64,000 nucleotides of DNA from Podarcis gaigeae (lineage: Eukaryota): the NCBI GenBank assembly GCA_964106915.2, contig OZ066928.1, one strand, 5' to 3'. Positions 47,901 to 60,700 of the stretch are shown here, piece after piece. The position numbers and the translations under genes were made by a program. The first letter of the stretch is position 1. Each line of letters begins with the position of its first letter. Under the pieces are notes generated by a model. It was not told the DNA's origin. It searched no databases and saw nothing but the letters and a program-made list of their open reading frames with translations.

Positions 47901-50900
47901 CTACATTTAACTGGCTACGTATCTCCAGGGTCTTGGGAACAAAATGGTCTTTCCCATCACCAGCTACTTTATTATCTAACCCTACCCTCAGGATGTAATG
48001 CAGGAACTCTACCACTGAACTACATGCCTCATCAATCAATTTCCTTTTATCAAGTTCCTCTTGCGATAGATTCTGGAGTAAAGCAGGGATAGAAAATTGC
48101 AAAGGGTTTTGGACTTGAGGGGGCGGGGTGGGCTGTGGGTTCAAATACCTATTAACTTGCCTCTCGCCTTCAGGCCTTGGGCAAATTTCCGTTTCTTATT
48201 GTGAGTTGACTATGGGCTATTTCCAGGGCACCTGTATACTGAACATCCATCCTGATTTGTTTCCAGGGAGATTAAATAGCCAACATTGTCTAATGAACCT
48301 TTGTTCTGACTTCTTTGTGGGGAGGTTAGATGCTGCTGCATCAAAGCGAGTGTTATCCAGCACTTCCCAGTGCATCTTTCTCTCACTTTCCTGATCACAA
48401 AAAGTCTGTTCTTTTTTGGGGGGCGGGGAGTGGCCTTATTGTGCAAGACCTCTCTCCCCCACTCCACAATCCATTATAGTTGCACAACCTGAATTTGCCA
48501 GTGACTTGATCCTGTCCCAAAATATCGATAGTCTGGAAGTGTCCTAAGAGAATGCCAATGAGTAGGATGGGCTACGTTGTGCCTTTTTATGCTAAGATAA
48601 TGCAGATCCTAAGGGACGTGGGTGGCGCTATGGGTTAAACCACTGAGCCTAGGACTTGCCGATCAGAAGGTTGGCGCTTCGAATCCCCGCGATGGGGTGA
48701 GCTCCTATTGCTTGGTCCCAGCTCCTGCCCACCTAGCAGTTCGAAAGCACGTCAAAGTGCAAGTAGATAAATAGGTACCACTCTGGTGGGAAGGTAAACG
48801 GCGTTTCCGCGCACTGCTCTGGTTCACCAGAAGCAGCTTAGTCATGCTGGCCACATGACCTTGAAGCTGTATGCCAGCTCCCTCGGCCAATAAAGCGAGA
48901 TGAGCGCTGCAATCCCACAGTCGGTCATGACTGGACCTAACAGTCAGGGGTCCCATTACCTTTACCTTAATGCAGATCCTACATTAAGGAAAAAATACTA
49001 TCTTCCCTCTTGGACATCTGATTGTAGCACATCACATTTCCCATGCAAGGCCCTGTATGCTCTCTGCCCCAGTTTTATGGTTACCTCCTTCGCAATTTCA
49101 GCACACGGGAATGTACGCCTTGGTCTCCAAGGGCATGAGGAAAATTGCCGAGGGCAAGGACCCTCTGGAGGGCCAGAAGCATCGCTGTGGGATGGGCAAC
49201 ATGTTCGATTACTACACCACAGGCCACGCCGACCTGGATGAACTGCAGCAGACGCCACAGCCCCTTATTTTCATTATGGAGCTGTTCAAAGTGAGTGGGA
49301 GAATTAGAAGGAAACTACAGTTCCGTTGTGTAACGTGCAGTTGCCACCATCTATCTCATCAATGGATTATTTATGACCCTTATATTCCCCTTTCCTCCAA
49401 AGGAGGTCGATTGCTTTATCACACCCTCCCCCCTTTTTACCCTCACAACACCCCTGCGAAGTAGCCTGGGAGACAGCAACTGGCCATGGACACTCTTTGA
49501 ACACCACGGCTGCGTGGGGATTTGAGCCTCCTAGCCCAGTGTTCCCCAGGCCTAATTCAGCATCATTCTGGCTACTACATGCCACTGACATGGCAGTCAG
49601 TGCCAGTGAGTGCCAGTTAGTGCCCAGCTGTGTCAGATGCAAAAGCTTTTTGTAGATTCTACCACCACAGTTGGAGGGTAGAAGCATTTCTGCCCAAATA
49701 ACCCTCTTGCCCACCCCAAGGTCCTGGCACTTTGAAAACTGGCTTGTCAGAGAAAAGGGTTCAACGTATCTCATCCCTGATGTGCTGTTTTCCTATTGTC
49801 AGCCTGCCTATGCACAGCATACGTTTTCAGAAACCCTTGTCCAGGTTCTTCCACCATCTGCTGTGAACTGGGTGGTGACTTAGTAAGCGGACCTTCTCTG
49901 CTGCAGCTCCCACAGAAATCTTTGTACTGGGAGGTCCAGGTGCAGATATTAGAGCTGTCCACATGCACTGGGTGCTGAGCCAATTGGGGTGCCATCTCAA
50001 AGCTAGCCCTGGTGATCATCCAATGTTTATTGGATGGATTTTCCTCCTAAATTGATTTTTGATTTTTGAATTCTGAATTTATTGTTATTCATTTTTTATA
50101 CTGTATTTTATGCTGTTTTTTGTTGCATCAATTAAGTGTTTTAAATCTGTTGTTAACCGCCCTGAGCCCGGATTTTTGAACCGGGAAGGACGGAGTATAA
50201 ATAAAAATGTATTATTATTATTGTTATTGTTATTATTAAAGCTGGGTAAGCAAGGCACTGGGCTTTTGGGGAGGAGGTGTGAAGCTCTGGCAGGATCTAG
50301 AGTCCTCTCACCTCCAAAGCCTAGCTAGCACTTTCCCAGTTTTCAGCACCGAAAAGAAGATGGCGCAGAATGTGGGAATCCCCCTCTTGCAGGTGTCCTA
50401 GTACGGAGCCCCTGTGTAAGTGGGGGTTCCCCTGTAATAACTGTGGTTTTCCATCCTATCTAGGTAGAGGATCCCACTTCCTACAAGCGGGATACGTGGG
50501 CCATGAACAACGAGGAGAAGCTGCTGGCTGTGCCAAAGCTCCACACGGAGGGCAACCGACTGGTCCTTTCCAGGAAATTCAAGGAAGCGGCAGAGAAATA
50601 CCAGGAAGCTATCATCTGCTTGCGCAATATCCAGGCCAAGGTAAGAGTTGGGTGGAGATAAAATAAAAAAGTAATTGATTTAAAATATGTTGGCTCTAAA
50701 CAGGCTGTCTATCTCCATATTTGACTGCCCGTAGAGTAGGACTTTCTGTTGTTACAATCTAAGGCAAGCGGGGTAGCTGCCCAGGACAGGGTCTTCTCAG
50801 TGGTGTCCCCTTCAATTATGAAATGCTCTCTCCAGAGAGGTCTGCTTGGTGTGTTTTTTGTCGTCTTCTTGGCATCATGTAAAGACCTTTGCAGCAGCAG

Positions 50901-53900
50901 CAACAACAAAATATCCCAGGCCTCTTAGACAAAATTTTAGTTCTGTTGATTGTTTCACATGGCTTTCAAGATCTTGCTGCCATTCCAATGTTTGGGTTTA
51001 TTTAGATTTTTTTTTTCACTGTTCTTTTCTAAAAACTGTTTTGCATTTCCTTCTCATATGAATTGTTCCTATTATTTTTTATTTAAAAATCAAAAGGTGG
51101 TATTAATATGCATAATCCGAGCCATGAAGCAAGGAGAAGAATATGCTTCAGGCAGCGGAAGTGCAGGAGACAGTGCTCTACCTGATCTACTACTTCTCCT
51201 GCTGCCAGAGAGAGGGAAGCTTTGTAGCATATGGTGCTGCTCACCTTCCCTGCCCCTGGATAGAGGAGCTGAGTGTTGACACTTTGAGGAGCAACCCAGC
51301 TCCCGCCTAATTTGGTGAGGGCTGGGGCACGAAGGCGGCAGAAGTTGTTGGACTCAAACTCCCATCAGCCCGTGTCAGAATAGCCCTTCGGTGCAAGATG
51401 GTGGTGGAATTTGTAGTGCAACAGCCCCTGGAGGGCCAAAGGTTCTTCCATCCCTACAATATGGACCATAATGAAGGTTTTGAACATGGGTAGTCAAACT
51501 AAGGCCCAGGGGCCGGATCTGGCCCAATCGCCTTCTAAATCTGGACCATGGACGGTCCAGGAATCAGTGTGTTTTTACACGAGTAGAATGTGTGCTTTTA
51601 TTTAATATGTATCTCTGGGTTATTTGTGGGGCCTGCCTGGTGTTTTTACATGAGTAGAATGTGTGCTTTTATTTAATATGCATCTCTGGGTTATCTGTGG
51701 GGCCTAGGAATTCGTGGTCCCCCCCTTCAAAATATAGTCTGGCCTCCCACAAAGTCTGAGGGACAGTGGACCAGCCCCCTGCTGAAAAAGTTTGTTTTGA
51801 ATGTCCAGTGTTGGAGTATATTCTTGGACCACTCATTCCCCATGAAGAACTTAGCATGTCTGCTGTCTTGCCACCCCTAAAGTTAAACTGTATTTCACCT
51901 GGCCACTGTCTAGATCACCTGGGGATCCATATTTAAGCTATTCTGAGCTCTCTGTGAGAAAGAGGTGGATGCAAATAAATCATTTTGTTAATTAGCTAGG
52001 TGCTCTCTTTTGCCATGAACGAGCTTGTTGGCCTCCATGTCTCTGGTGTATGCTGCTGTGCCCCACCCTGAACACTGGCTGCAATGCAGGGAGTTTCTGT
52101 CTATTCTAAACCTTACCTGGAGATGCTGGTGATGGAACCTGGGACCAGCATGCAAAACCTGCAAAGCGGGTGCCTTTACCACTAAGCTACAACTCTTCTC
52201 CAAACCCACCTTCTTGTTCTTTGCTGGGTTTCTTCACAGGAGAAGCCGTGGGATGAAGACTGGATGAAGCTGGAGAATCTCATTACACCTCTTGTGCTGA
52301 ACTACTGTCAGTGCCAGCTGGAGTTGGGGGAGTATTATGAGGTGCTGGAGCACACAACTGACCTCCTGCAGAAGAACAATGGTGAGTGGTTCCTTCAGCT
52401 CACTACTTGCAGAACCCTCCTCTATCCTTTTCTGCATGTGCCAGGGCCCTACATTGCATGATCATAGAGATGTGCTCCAGCATTCCTCCTGTTGCCCTGA
52501 GACTACACATCTCACATCACATACAATTTTATTGGCCACCCCTGAAAACATCAATGACCAATGCAATTACTTGGGCAGTGTGTTAAGACTGGGTGAGCTC
52601 ACACGCTTTGTTCCTTTAAGTTATTTATGCTTCGAAAAAGAGCAAAGCAAACATTCGATACTAGTTTAGATGCATCCAACTGACATGCAATCACTGATGC
52701 ACAGGTCCTTTTGGACCTGGAAGAAGGCAGAAGAGGGTGGTATGAGGGTGGAGTGGGGTGCACTTATGTACACCCTGCCAATGTGTGCAGGGGCCGGGAA
52801 AAGAACCCCTGTGCAAAATAGTCACTGTCTGTATCAACAGCCTGCTTTTGCAGTCTTGAGGTCTAGATTTATCATTGTTATTATTATTAATTAAAGTTGG
52901 GGTTTTGAGAACACAGTGTTCTACGCTACTTACCAAATTATTCATGCATCATGATTGTGAAGCCGCAAGGTTCAGAACTGGTTCCAGGTTTTGGGGTGCT
53001 GTTGGGCAAGATGCTTTGGCGGGGTCTCCTCCCTCCATGAGTCCATCTCTTCCTTCCCACGATCACAAGTGTCACATGATCAGCACAGCAACAAGGCTCC
53101 CTATCAGGAGTGGAGGAAGTGCAGGCCTAGGGGCCAAATACAGCTGGATTCTTTGAAACTGAATGTAAACTCAGTTTACATTCTCCCAATGTGCAGGAGG
53201 AGGAGAGTGGGAGCATGTGAGCCCAGTTCTGGATTCCAACTGTATCAGCACGTTCAATGGCCAGGAAAGATGGGAGTACTGGGCAGCAGCATTTGGGGCA
53301 CCACAAGTTCTTTAGCTTTAGCTTCAGCATTATGTGTGATCCTACCCCATTGTGACTCAGTGAATAACTGAGGAGGGAACGCCAACAGTTGTGTTTGGTT
53401 TTATTGACCCATTGTCATCTGGCAATTTTACACAAAGCTACTGGTACCTCTGAGAGAGAGAGATTTAGGCTGTGTACACACCATACATTTAAAGCACACA
53501 CCCCTGCAAATAATTATTGTTAAGGGTGCTGTTAATTTTAGCTCTGTGTTATAATAATTTTAAGGTCCCAAATATGGAATATTCATAAATGTACACATAT
53601 CTAAATATATGAACCGTGTGTCTGAAATAGTATGGGAGAGCAATCCTGAAGCCATTTTGACTCTCCCAAAGTACTTCAAATATTCCTCTGCAGTAAGGGA
53701 GGCAAAGAGAGAAAGCCTTCCCATTGTCTTTTTGCTTGCAAATCCTATCTTAAGGGCACGTTTGTGTATGAATAGGGTGAGCCTGTGGCCTAAAGTATTA
53801 ACCATCACAAAAGAAAGGCCAGGCTGCCCACAATCAGTGACCATTATCAGGTAGGCAGGATTTCTGCTGTAGACCGCTTCTTTCTGTGATGTATGTATGG

Positions 53901-56134
53901 TGTTTAGGGGTGGTGGTCTTGGGGTACAGGGTGGGCAGTTTCAAAAGGCCTTGTGAACTATTGTTCAGGGTTGTCCTCCCTCCTGCGCGTGGTGGGTTGC
54001 AACAGTTCCGTGAATAAAGATCAGGCTTATTAGCCGCTTTACTTCTCAATATACTCTGCTATTTTCTCCTACCGATAGGGCTCTGTACCCATAATGCCCC
54101 ATAAGGGAAAGGGAGCAGTTTTTCTTATAACATCTGTAAGGGGTGAGCAACAATTCCCAGTATTCTTTGGTGGGAGGAACTGCACTTTAAATGTATGTTG
54201 TGTACACAGTCATTGTGTTACCCAAGTGGCCTGACTTCAGTCTCATGTGGTCCACTCAGATGATAACATAAGAAACACCCTATCCTTACATGGCCCAGGA
54301 AAGCAGAATACTGAGAGTGAAGGCTTTTAACAGATAACTCTGTAATTTATTAGATTTGTTTATGAGAGCTAGCAAACCAACTGACGTTGTTCTTTTGCTA
54401 GAAAATGTCAAGGCGTATTTCAAACGGGCTAAAGCCCACGCTGCTGTCTGGAATGAAAAGGAGGCCCGAACAGACTTTTTGAGGGTGGCCCACCTGGATC
54501 CATCGCTGACTGCCGCTGTGAGGAAAGAATTGAAGCTCTTGGGGGAGAGGATGAGGAAGAAGCACGTGGAAGACCGCAAGAAATACAAAGATCTCTTCCA
54601 GCAGCCTTCTCCTAAAGGAGAAACTGAGGGGAGAGCAATGGAGGAGACAGAAAAGCTGTCAGATTCTAGCCTCGGCCCACAAACAGAGGAAAATAATCAA
54701 GAAACCCTGAGGCCTGAGAGAGGAAGAGAAGAAGGGAGATGGATGGGTGCAACAGAAGCAACAGAAGAAACAGAGCAAGGGAACTTAGCAGAGAAAGAGG
54801 ATGGATTCCTAATGAAGACAGGCGAAATGGACAAAGAGGACATCACCCCTCAGAAAGCGAGGGAAGAGGAAATAGGAAATAAAGATAAAGGAATGATGGA
54901 GAGTCATTCTGGAGATGACCTGACAGGCTGTGAAACCTCTGGAAGCAAGGAACAGTTAGAGTTTGGGCAGTGGAAGCTTGAAGAACAGAGGGGGAAAGTG
55001 GAAGAGATTAATTCTGGGGCTGAGGATTTTCCAGTGCTGGAGGAAAAGGACGCAGAAAGAAGAGCCGTCCCTGGGAGCCCTGGGAAGAAATTAGGGGGAG
55101 TTGCAGGAAACCATGTGAGCAGCAGCGTAGGGGAAGGGTTCATTAAAGGACCTTGTGAGATTGGAGTGGGCATTGAAACAGAGAACTTCCCAAGAGAGAC
55201 GGAAGGATATGAAGAAAGTTGTGGGAAACGAGAATCCCAAACTGTTGAATTGTCAATGGTACAGGGTGATAAGGGCTTTGGAGCAGAGGATCCCAAGGAT
55301 GGGGTTATAGTGGAGAGCCCTCAGGAAAGTAGTGAAAAAGATGACTTCCAAATCCTTCAGGAAAGATCAAAGACAGAAGCAAGTGTGGCAACAGAACTGA
55401 GGAAAAAGGTCAGTTCTGACTGGGAAAACTGTGGTGGGCCAAGAAAGGAGAATTATACTGGAGAGGAGGAGGAACCTAAAGAAGAAACAAAATTGGGAGA
55501 GAAAAGAAGAGAAGATAATGATCATTCCATTCCAGAAGAGGAGACACGTTGCTGTGAAGCAGGCCCAGAGCATTGTGAGGGAGAGGCAGACCCAGAAGAC
55601 TTTAAAAGTGTGGCAACTGGTGATTATGTGAAAATAACAGATGTTAGGGCCAAGGAAGTGATAAGCCTCGAATCACAGCATGCCAGAGAAGAGGGGGGTG
55701 GCCACAGAGATGTGGCTGGGTGTAGGGAGGAAGGAACTGAAGTTGGTGACAGATCTAGGCTGTGCAAAGATGCACAAGGAGATGAGGTAGACCAAGATTG
55801 GTTCAAGGCAGAAATAAGCTTTAAAGCTGATGATCTGGAGATGGGAAAGAGAGGGGAGGATTCCGAGACAGAGCAAGCAGGTCTGCAAGTTAGGGGGGAA
55901 GAGCCAGAAGCGAAAACAGGCAGGGAAGCAGAACGGATTGTGGGGCAAGACTCTCTATGGGGCAATGGTGAGGTGTCAAGAAAGGAGGATGGAGATACAG
56001 AAGATATTTCATTGGCCACCCACTGCAGAGGAGACAAAAGTGAAGTGCTGGAGTTGCCTGGATCTGGAGCAATGGGTGAGCCGAACATTTCTACCCTGAG
56101 ACAACGCAACCTGATGAAAGAGGAAACCCAGTGA
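44817..56134 (+). CDS. AIPL1-like (aipl2-type) FKBP-TPR co-chaperone with a long acidic C-terminal tail, 838 aa; join(44817-44912,47352-47531,49102-49290,50464-50640,52240-52381,54402-56134)
   Basis: [20 protein letters not shown]...FHFQT...RTVIDDSR...[18 protein letters not shown]...LNYCQC...YYEVLEHT...[17 protein letters not shown]; six-exon layout (96/180/189/177/142 nt plus last exon) like AIPL1. Confidence 0.93.
45700..47166 (+). mobile_element. Sauria SINE split by a LINE insertion
   Basis: 5' part at 45700-45811 and 3' part at 47026-47166 with the ACCTTT tail. Confidence 0.85.
45812..47025 (-). mobile_element. 5'-truncated non-LTR retrotransposon (RTE-X-like; clade uncertain)
   Basis: Encodes ...LLYGCEVW...CTC...[11 protein letters not shown] (zinc knuckle) with one frameshift; 15-bp TSD AGTAGTGGCTTAGTC. 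Confidence 0.85.
47352..47531 (+). CDS. AIPL-like exon 2
   Basis: Encodes [22 protein letters not shown]...[10 protein letters not shown]. Confidence 0.94.
48612..48967 (+). mobile_element. Full-length Sauria SINE
   Basis: GGGACG head, ACCTTT tail and 14-bp TSD TAATGCAGATCCTA. Confidence 0.92.
49102..49290 (+). CDS. AIPL-like exon 3
   Basis: Encodes [21 protein letters not shown]...[12 protein letters not shown]. Confidence 0.94.
50464..50640 (+). CDS. AIPL-like exon 4
   Basis: Encodes [20 protein letters not shown]...[15 protein letters not shown]. Confidence 0.94.
51485..51797. mobile_element. hAT (Charlie-like) MITE with an internal tandem duplication
   Basis: CATGGGTAGTCAAACT...GGCCC subterminal motifs; an internal unit of about 70 bp is repeated. 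Confidence 0.6.
52240..52381 (+). CDS. AIPL-like exon 5
   Basis: Encodes [47 protein letters not shown]. Confidence 0.94.
53547..54132 (+). mobile_element. Solo LTR nested in a palindromic MITE
   Basis: TGTTATAA...TTATAACA termini, 4-bp TSD TCTG and AATAAA at 54013. Confidence 0.82.
54402..56134 (+). CDS. AIPL-like exon 6 (TPR3, capping helix and Glu-rich extension)
   Basis: [13 protein letters not shown]... stays open for 1733 nt to TGA. Confidence 0.88.
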
Positions 56135-56195
56135 GGAGGAAGAGAGTCAGGTATGAAAAATAGTGGGTTGTAGAATCAGTTGCTAAGGTCTAGGG

Positions 56196-56374
56196 CAGAG
56201 CTTTCCAAACTGTGTCTCACGACATGTTAGTGTGTTGGCTGCAGTGTGCTCCTCCCAGGGCTGGAAAGGGGGTAATTTAACCTCCAGTTTGCTAATAAAA
56301 CTGAATTACTGTCGCAAAATGATGCGTTTCTTTTTTAAAGTGTGTCACCAACATAAAAAGTTTGGAAAGCTCTG
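56196..56374. mobile_element. hAT-like MITE in the AIPL-like 3'UTR
   Basis: Perfect 16-bp TIR CAGAGCTTTCCAAACT. Confidence 0.8.
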
Positions 56375-57072
56375 GCCTGTGGTGATATTGGGGAGCAGGG
56401 TCAGAGTGAAAGTGTGCTAGCTAATGATCGTTGATGTGGCCAGCTCATCTTGTTGAGAACAGGCAACTCAGGGTCTGGTGCAGTAATCAAAGGCTCAAGG
56501 AGGGAGCTGCCATTGCATCTACACCTAAGAAAACAAGCATGCTTGCCCCTTCTTGGGTCTGCTGGTATTCTCTTCAGTTTCCTTCCTCAATTGAAGAACT
56601 GTCTGCAAAAAAGTGCTATACAGGGTCATCTTGCCATCCTCATTCAGCCACTGCACGTGTACTCGGAAAATAAACCTCCTCTTTGCCACCACAGGCAAAG
56701 TCTAAAATTTCAGATGCAAGCCAGAGATGGGTTATGATTTCCATTCCCCTGCCCCAAAGATTCTTTGCAGATTTAAAAAAAAAATGTATTGTGCTATAGC
56801 TGTACAGTGCCTAGAGAACTCATTTATGAGGCATCCAATGAATAGAAATAAAGTTGAAGGTGTTTTGAGAAAGGGATTGGTGCTTTTGGTGGTGTTGATT
56901 ATTTTTGCTGTTGCCCTGGAAAACAGGTTTTGCATTTGGTCAGAGAAGACAGGGAGGGTATTTAAAAATGCACGAATGCAAGGTTAACAGGATCCTCAGC
57001 ATCTGCAGGGCACTGCTCCTCAGTGTCATCTGCTTATCCTCATCCCATAAGTACAGTATATGGCATCTCCTA

Positions 57073-57454
57073 AAAGGTAAAGGGGTAAAGGGACCCTGAC
57101 TGTTAGGTCCAGTCGCAGATGACTCTGGGGTTGCGGCACTCATCTCGCTTTACAGGCCGAGGGAGTTGGTGTTTGTCCGCTCCACAGACAGTTTTTCCGG
57201 GTCATGTGGCCAGCATGACTAAGCCGCTTCTGGCGCAACGGAACAGTGACACCAGAGCAGCGCACGGAAATGCCGTTTACCTTCCCACCTATTTATCTAC
57301 TTGCACTTTTTGGCATGCTTTTGATCTGCTAGGTTGGCAGGAGCTAGACCAAGCAACAGGAGCTCACCCCGTTGCAGGGATTTGAACCGCCAACCTTTTG
57401 ATCGGCAAGGCCAAGGCTCAGAGGTTTATACCACAGCGCAATCTGCGTCCCTGA
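57073..57454 (-). mobile_element. Full-length Sauria SINE
   Basis: 13-bp TSD ATGGCATCTCCTA. Confidence 0.9.
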
Positions 57455-57779
57455 ATGGCATCTCCTAGATATAGCTTAAAATCTGCCATTTTAACTTTTC
57501 CACGGTGCCTTCTAGTGTAGCTAAGGCATTGAGGGAAATATTGAAATGTTGATATCCCAGACAAAACTTTTGGTGGTATTAATCTGCAGTGCAACAAGTG
57601 GAAGAAAACAAGGACAAATGGAAGTGTGGATATAGGCCCTATTTTTTTGGGGGGGGGGGAAATCATTTTAAAGCATTTTTTTTTTCAGGCCACATGCAAA
57701 GAAGGAACATAAAAAAGAACCTTGTGCTTTTCTCAAGAAAGGGGAAATTCCTCCAAAACAAAAAAATGAAGCAACACAG

Positions 57780-60700
57780 CACTTCAGATACAAATTTATT
57801 CTTTTTTCCCAAAGCAGAAATGGAAAAGACTTGAGTGAAGACAGCACATTTTAACCAGTCATTATTAGTTCTGCTCCCTTTATAAAAAAAAAACCCTCAT
57901 TACTCATTGTGTCCCTTTCAATTGCTTTGACAGAGATGAACACCCACCCACACCCCAGTGACCAAGCTGCAGTTCTTCTATGTGAAGTGCTAGGAAAGCG
58001 ATGAGCAAAATTCCTGGGAGTAGGCAGCGGAGAGGAAATCTCTTGTTATTTGCAGTGGGAAGTTGCAACGCTAATGAACAGGGTTCTGGGTTCCCAATGT
58101 TATTCAGAAAGTGGTATGGGGTGGCGGGGAGAACTAATAATGAAAGTATAAGATTGAGGGATCCACCATATGCTACAGAGCAATTGTCCATTTCAGGACA
58201 ATTTTCAGGCCTCTCACCATATTAGTTTCTGTCTCTTATTGGCACACTGAAAAATAAATTATATATACTTCAAATGCAACACAAATTCTGCCAAGTGCAA
58301 TGGGCAATTGCAAGTCCTCTAATGCTAGGGGCAGACGAGGCACAAGACTTAAGGTTTTACTTTTGATAAGTAAATTGGTTGGCTTAACGTGTAAATTAGC
58401 TTGGGTGATGGTTCATAAAATTTTAGAATAATGCTGCAATACTATCAATACAAACAAAAGAATCGAGAACCTACACATCTTAGCACTGTAGAAAGCGATC
58501 AGATTAAACAATGTAAGTTTCTTAATATGGCCTACTAACAATATTGTCCGCATTCTGTCTTCGGCCACTGCAGACGAGATGAAGGAAGAGCACCGAGGGG
58601 TAGATAAGACCAGTTGGATGAATGAGTGGGCTTCTCTGCCTTGTAAGAATTGGGTGGAAGATGGGATTTGGGTATGTGCTGCTCTCTCCACGCTTCTGAC
58701 TGAAAAACTGCCCCACCACAAATTACCTGTTCTATACAAGAGTTAAAGGTTAAAAGTAGGGAAGGGAAAGAAAGTACAATGCAGTCACATCTTGCATGGG
58801 GGTACATTCCAGGGATGGCACGTATATGCAAAAATGCTTATACATAAACCACCCCCTTGGAACCGCCCACACACAATTTTATGTTCCAGAGCCTGCATGC
58901 TAAATGGACCAACACCCCCCCCCCCCGCCGCAGCTTGGTAAGCAAGTCTGAGAGCTTAAAAGCCCTTTCCACATCAGGAAAACCCTGTGCAAAAAGAACA
59001 TTTAAGCTCTCTGCCTCCCATGCATTTAATTTGTTTGATTTCAACCAGCTGGCCTTCAACCGTGTAAAGTTGAAATCACACATGTTAAACACACATAAGC
59101 TGTGAGTTACCTGTACTTATTTTACATAACAAGGCGATTCTACCTAATTCACACTTTCCAAAGCCACATGAGAACCGAAACACAGCTGTCCTTCAGAAGT
59201 TGCACTTCCGCAAATGCATTCCTCAAGCCATGTAACGTGTACCAAAAAAAATGCACTATATCACGGTAAAATGTCCATTAATATGCATATATAAAAATTC
59301 AAGAAAATAACATATCCCAAAATGCATTATATTAGGGCAAATTGCTTTGCAAAAATGTGCATATTACACAAAATGTACTCAAATATATTAGAGAACCTTT
59401 GGACATCATATGCTGATGAGTTTTCACATGGAGTTATTTAAAAAAGAAATTACAAGCTGATGTGGGAAAATGAGAAACTGAAACAGATTCGTTGATTTCC
59501 TAATTGAAAGCCCCTATTCTTCCTTTGCATCTAACTACCCATGAGTGTGGATCTGCTATTTGTCAATATCCTGGTTTTGTGGGCTAATGTGGGTACCAAG
59601 CTCCTGATCATATACAATATCAGCACTTAACTCACATACAGTAGTTCCATAATGACAGGACTTTGGGACCAAAGTCCAGGGTTTCATTCAGCAGAAAGAA
59701 ACAGGAGGGCTGGGTTAACCATATTTTAAAGTAAAACAATATACATTCCCTAAGCCCACCCTGTTCTCTTTGAATGCCAGGATCATTACGTCCAGACTTA
59801 AAATTGCTTAGCTTGCACTGCAGCTCATGTGCCACTTTAGGAAACAGAAACATGCTTCTCACCTCAAGAAAGGAACACTATGTGTTCCTTCAGAAACATG
59901 AAAAGAGGAAACACAGGACACAGATTTCCTCCTCTCAGCAGATCATGTAAGCCAAGGCAGGGACAGGGAATCTGTGGGTCTCCAAATATTGGATTCCAGC
60001 TCTCATCAGTCTCGGCCAGCTTGGCCAGTGATCAAGGGTGATGAGAGCAAATCACTGACGGTGCACAGGTTCTCAATCTCTGTCTTAACCTCTCCTTCTT
60101 GCTAGTTTGAGTAACTACATGACCCCTGGGGATCTCCACCTGAGGCCCAATCCCAAAGTGGAGTTTCAGTTTCTTTCAAAACTAAGATGGCATGTGGTGT
60201 TTGTTTTATTTTAAAATACAATTCAGAAACAACTACAGTGGTACCTCGGGTTACAGATGCTTCAGGTTACAGACGCTTCAAGTTACAGACTCCACTAACC
60301 CAGAAATAGTACCTCGGGTTAAGAACTTTGCTTCAGGATGAGAACAGAAATCGTGCAGCGGCGGTGCAGCGGGAGGCCCCATTAGCTAAAGTGGTACCTC
60401 AGGTTAAGAACAGTTTCGGGTTAAGAACGGACCTCCAGAATGAATTAAGTTCTTAACCCGAGGTACCACTGTACAATGGTGATTTCTGCCAGGCTTTTCA
60501 GAGGTTCAACCATCAAACCAGATTATTTCCTTGGGAGGAATAATTGGCATATGCCCATTAAGAACATTCTTGGCCCAGACTTAAAGGTCCACCATTACAG
60601 AATATTTAACAGAATGCTCTTTGTCATGCTTTAAATCATGCTCACACAGTATAACTGGCAGTGCCTACAATGCCGATGGCCTAAAAAACCCACTTCCTTC

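Noticed and set aside
54356-54401. Start of the 592-aa ORF as a stand-alone gene
   Set aside because: The first 15 codons are intronic; the real exon begins at 54402 after TAG and joins exon 5 in frame.
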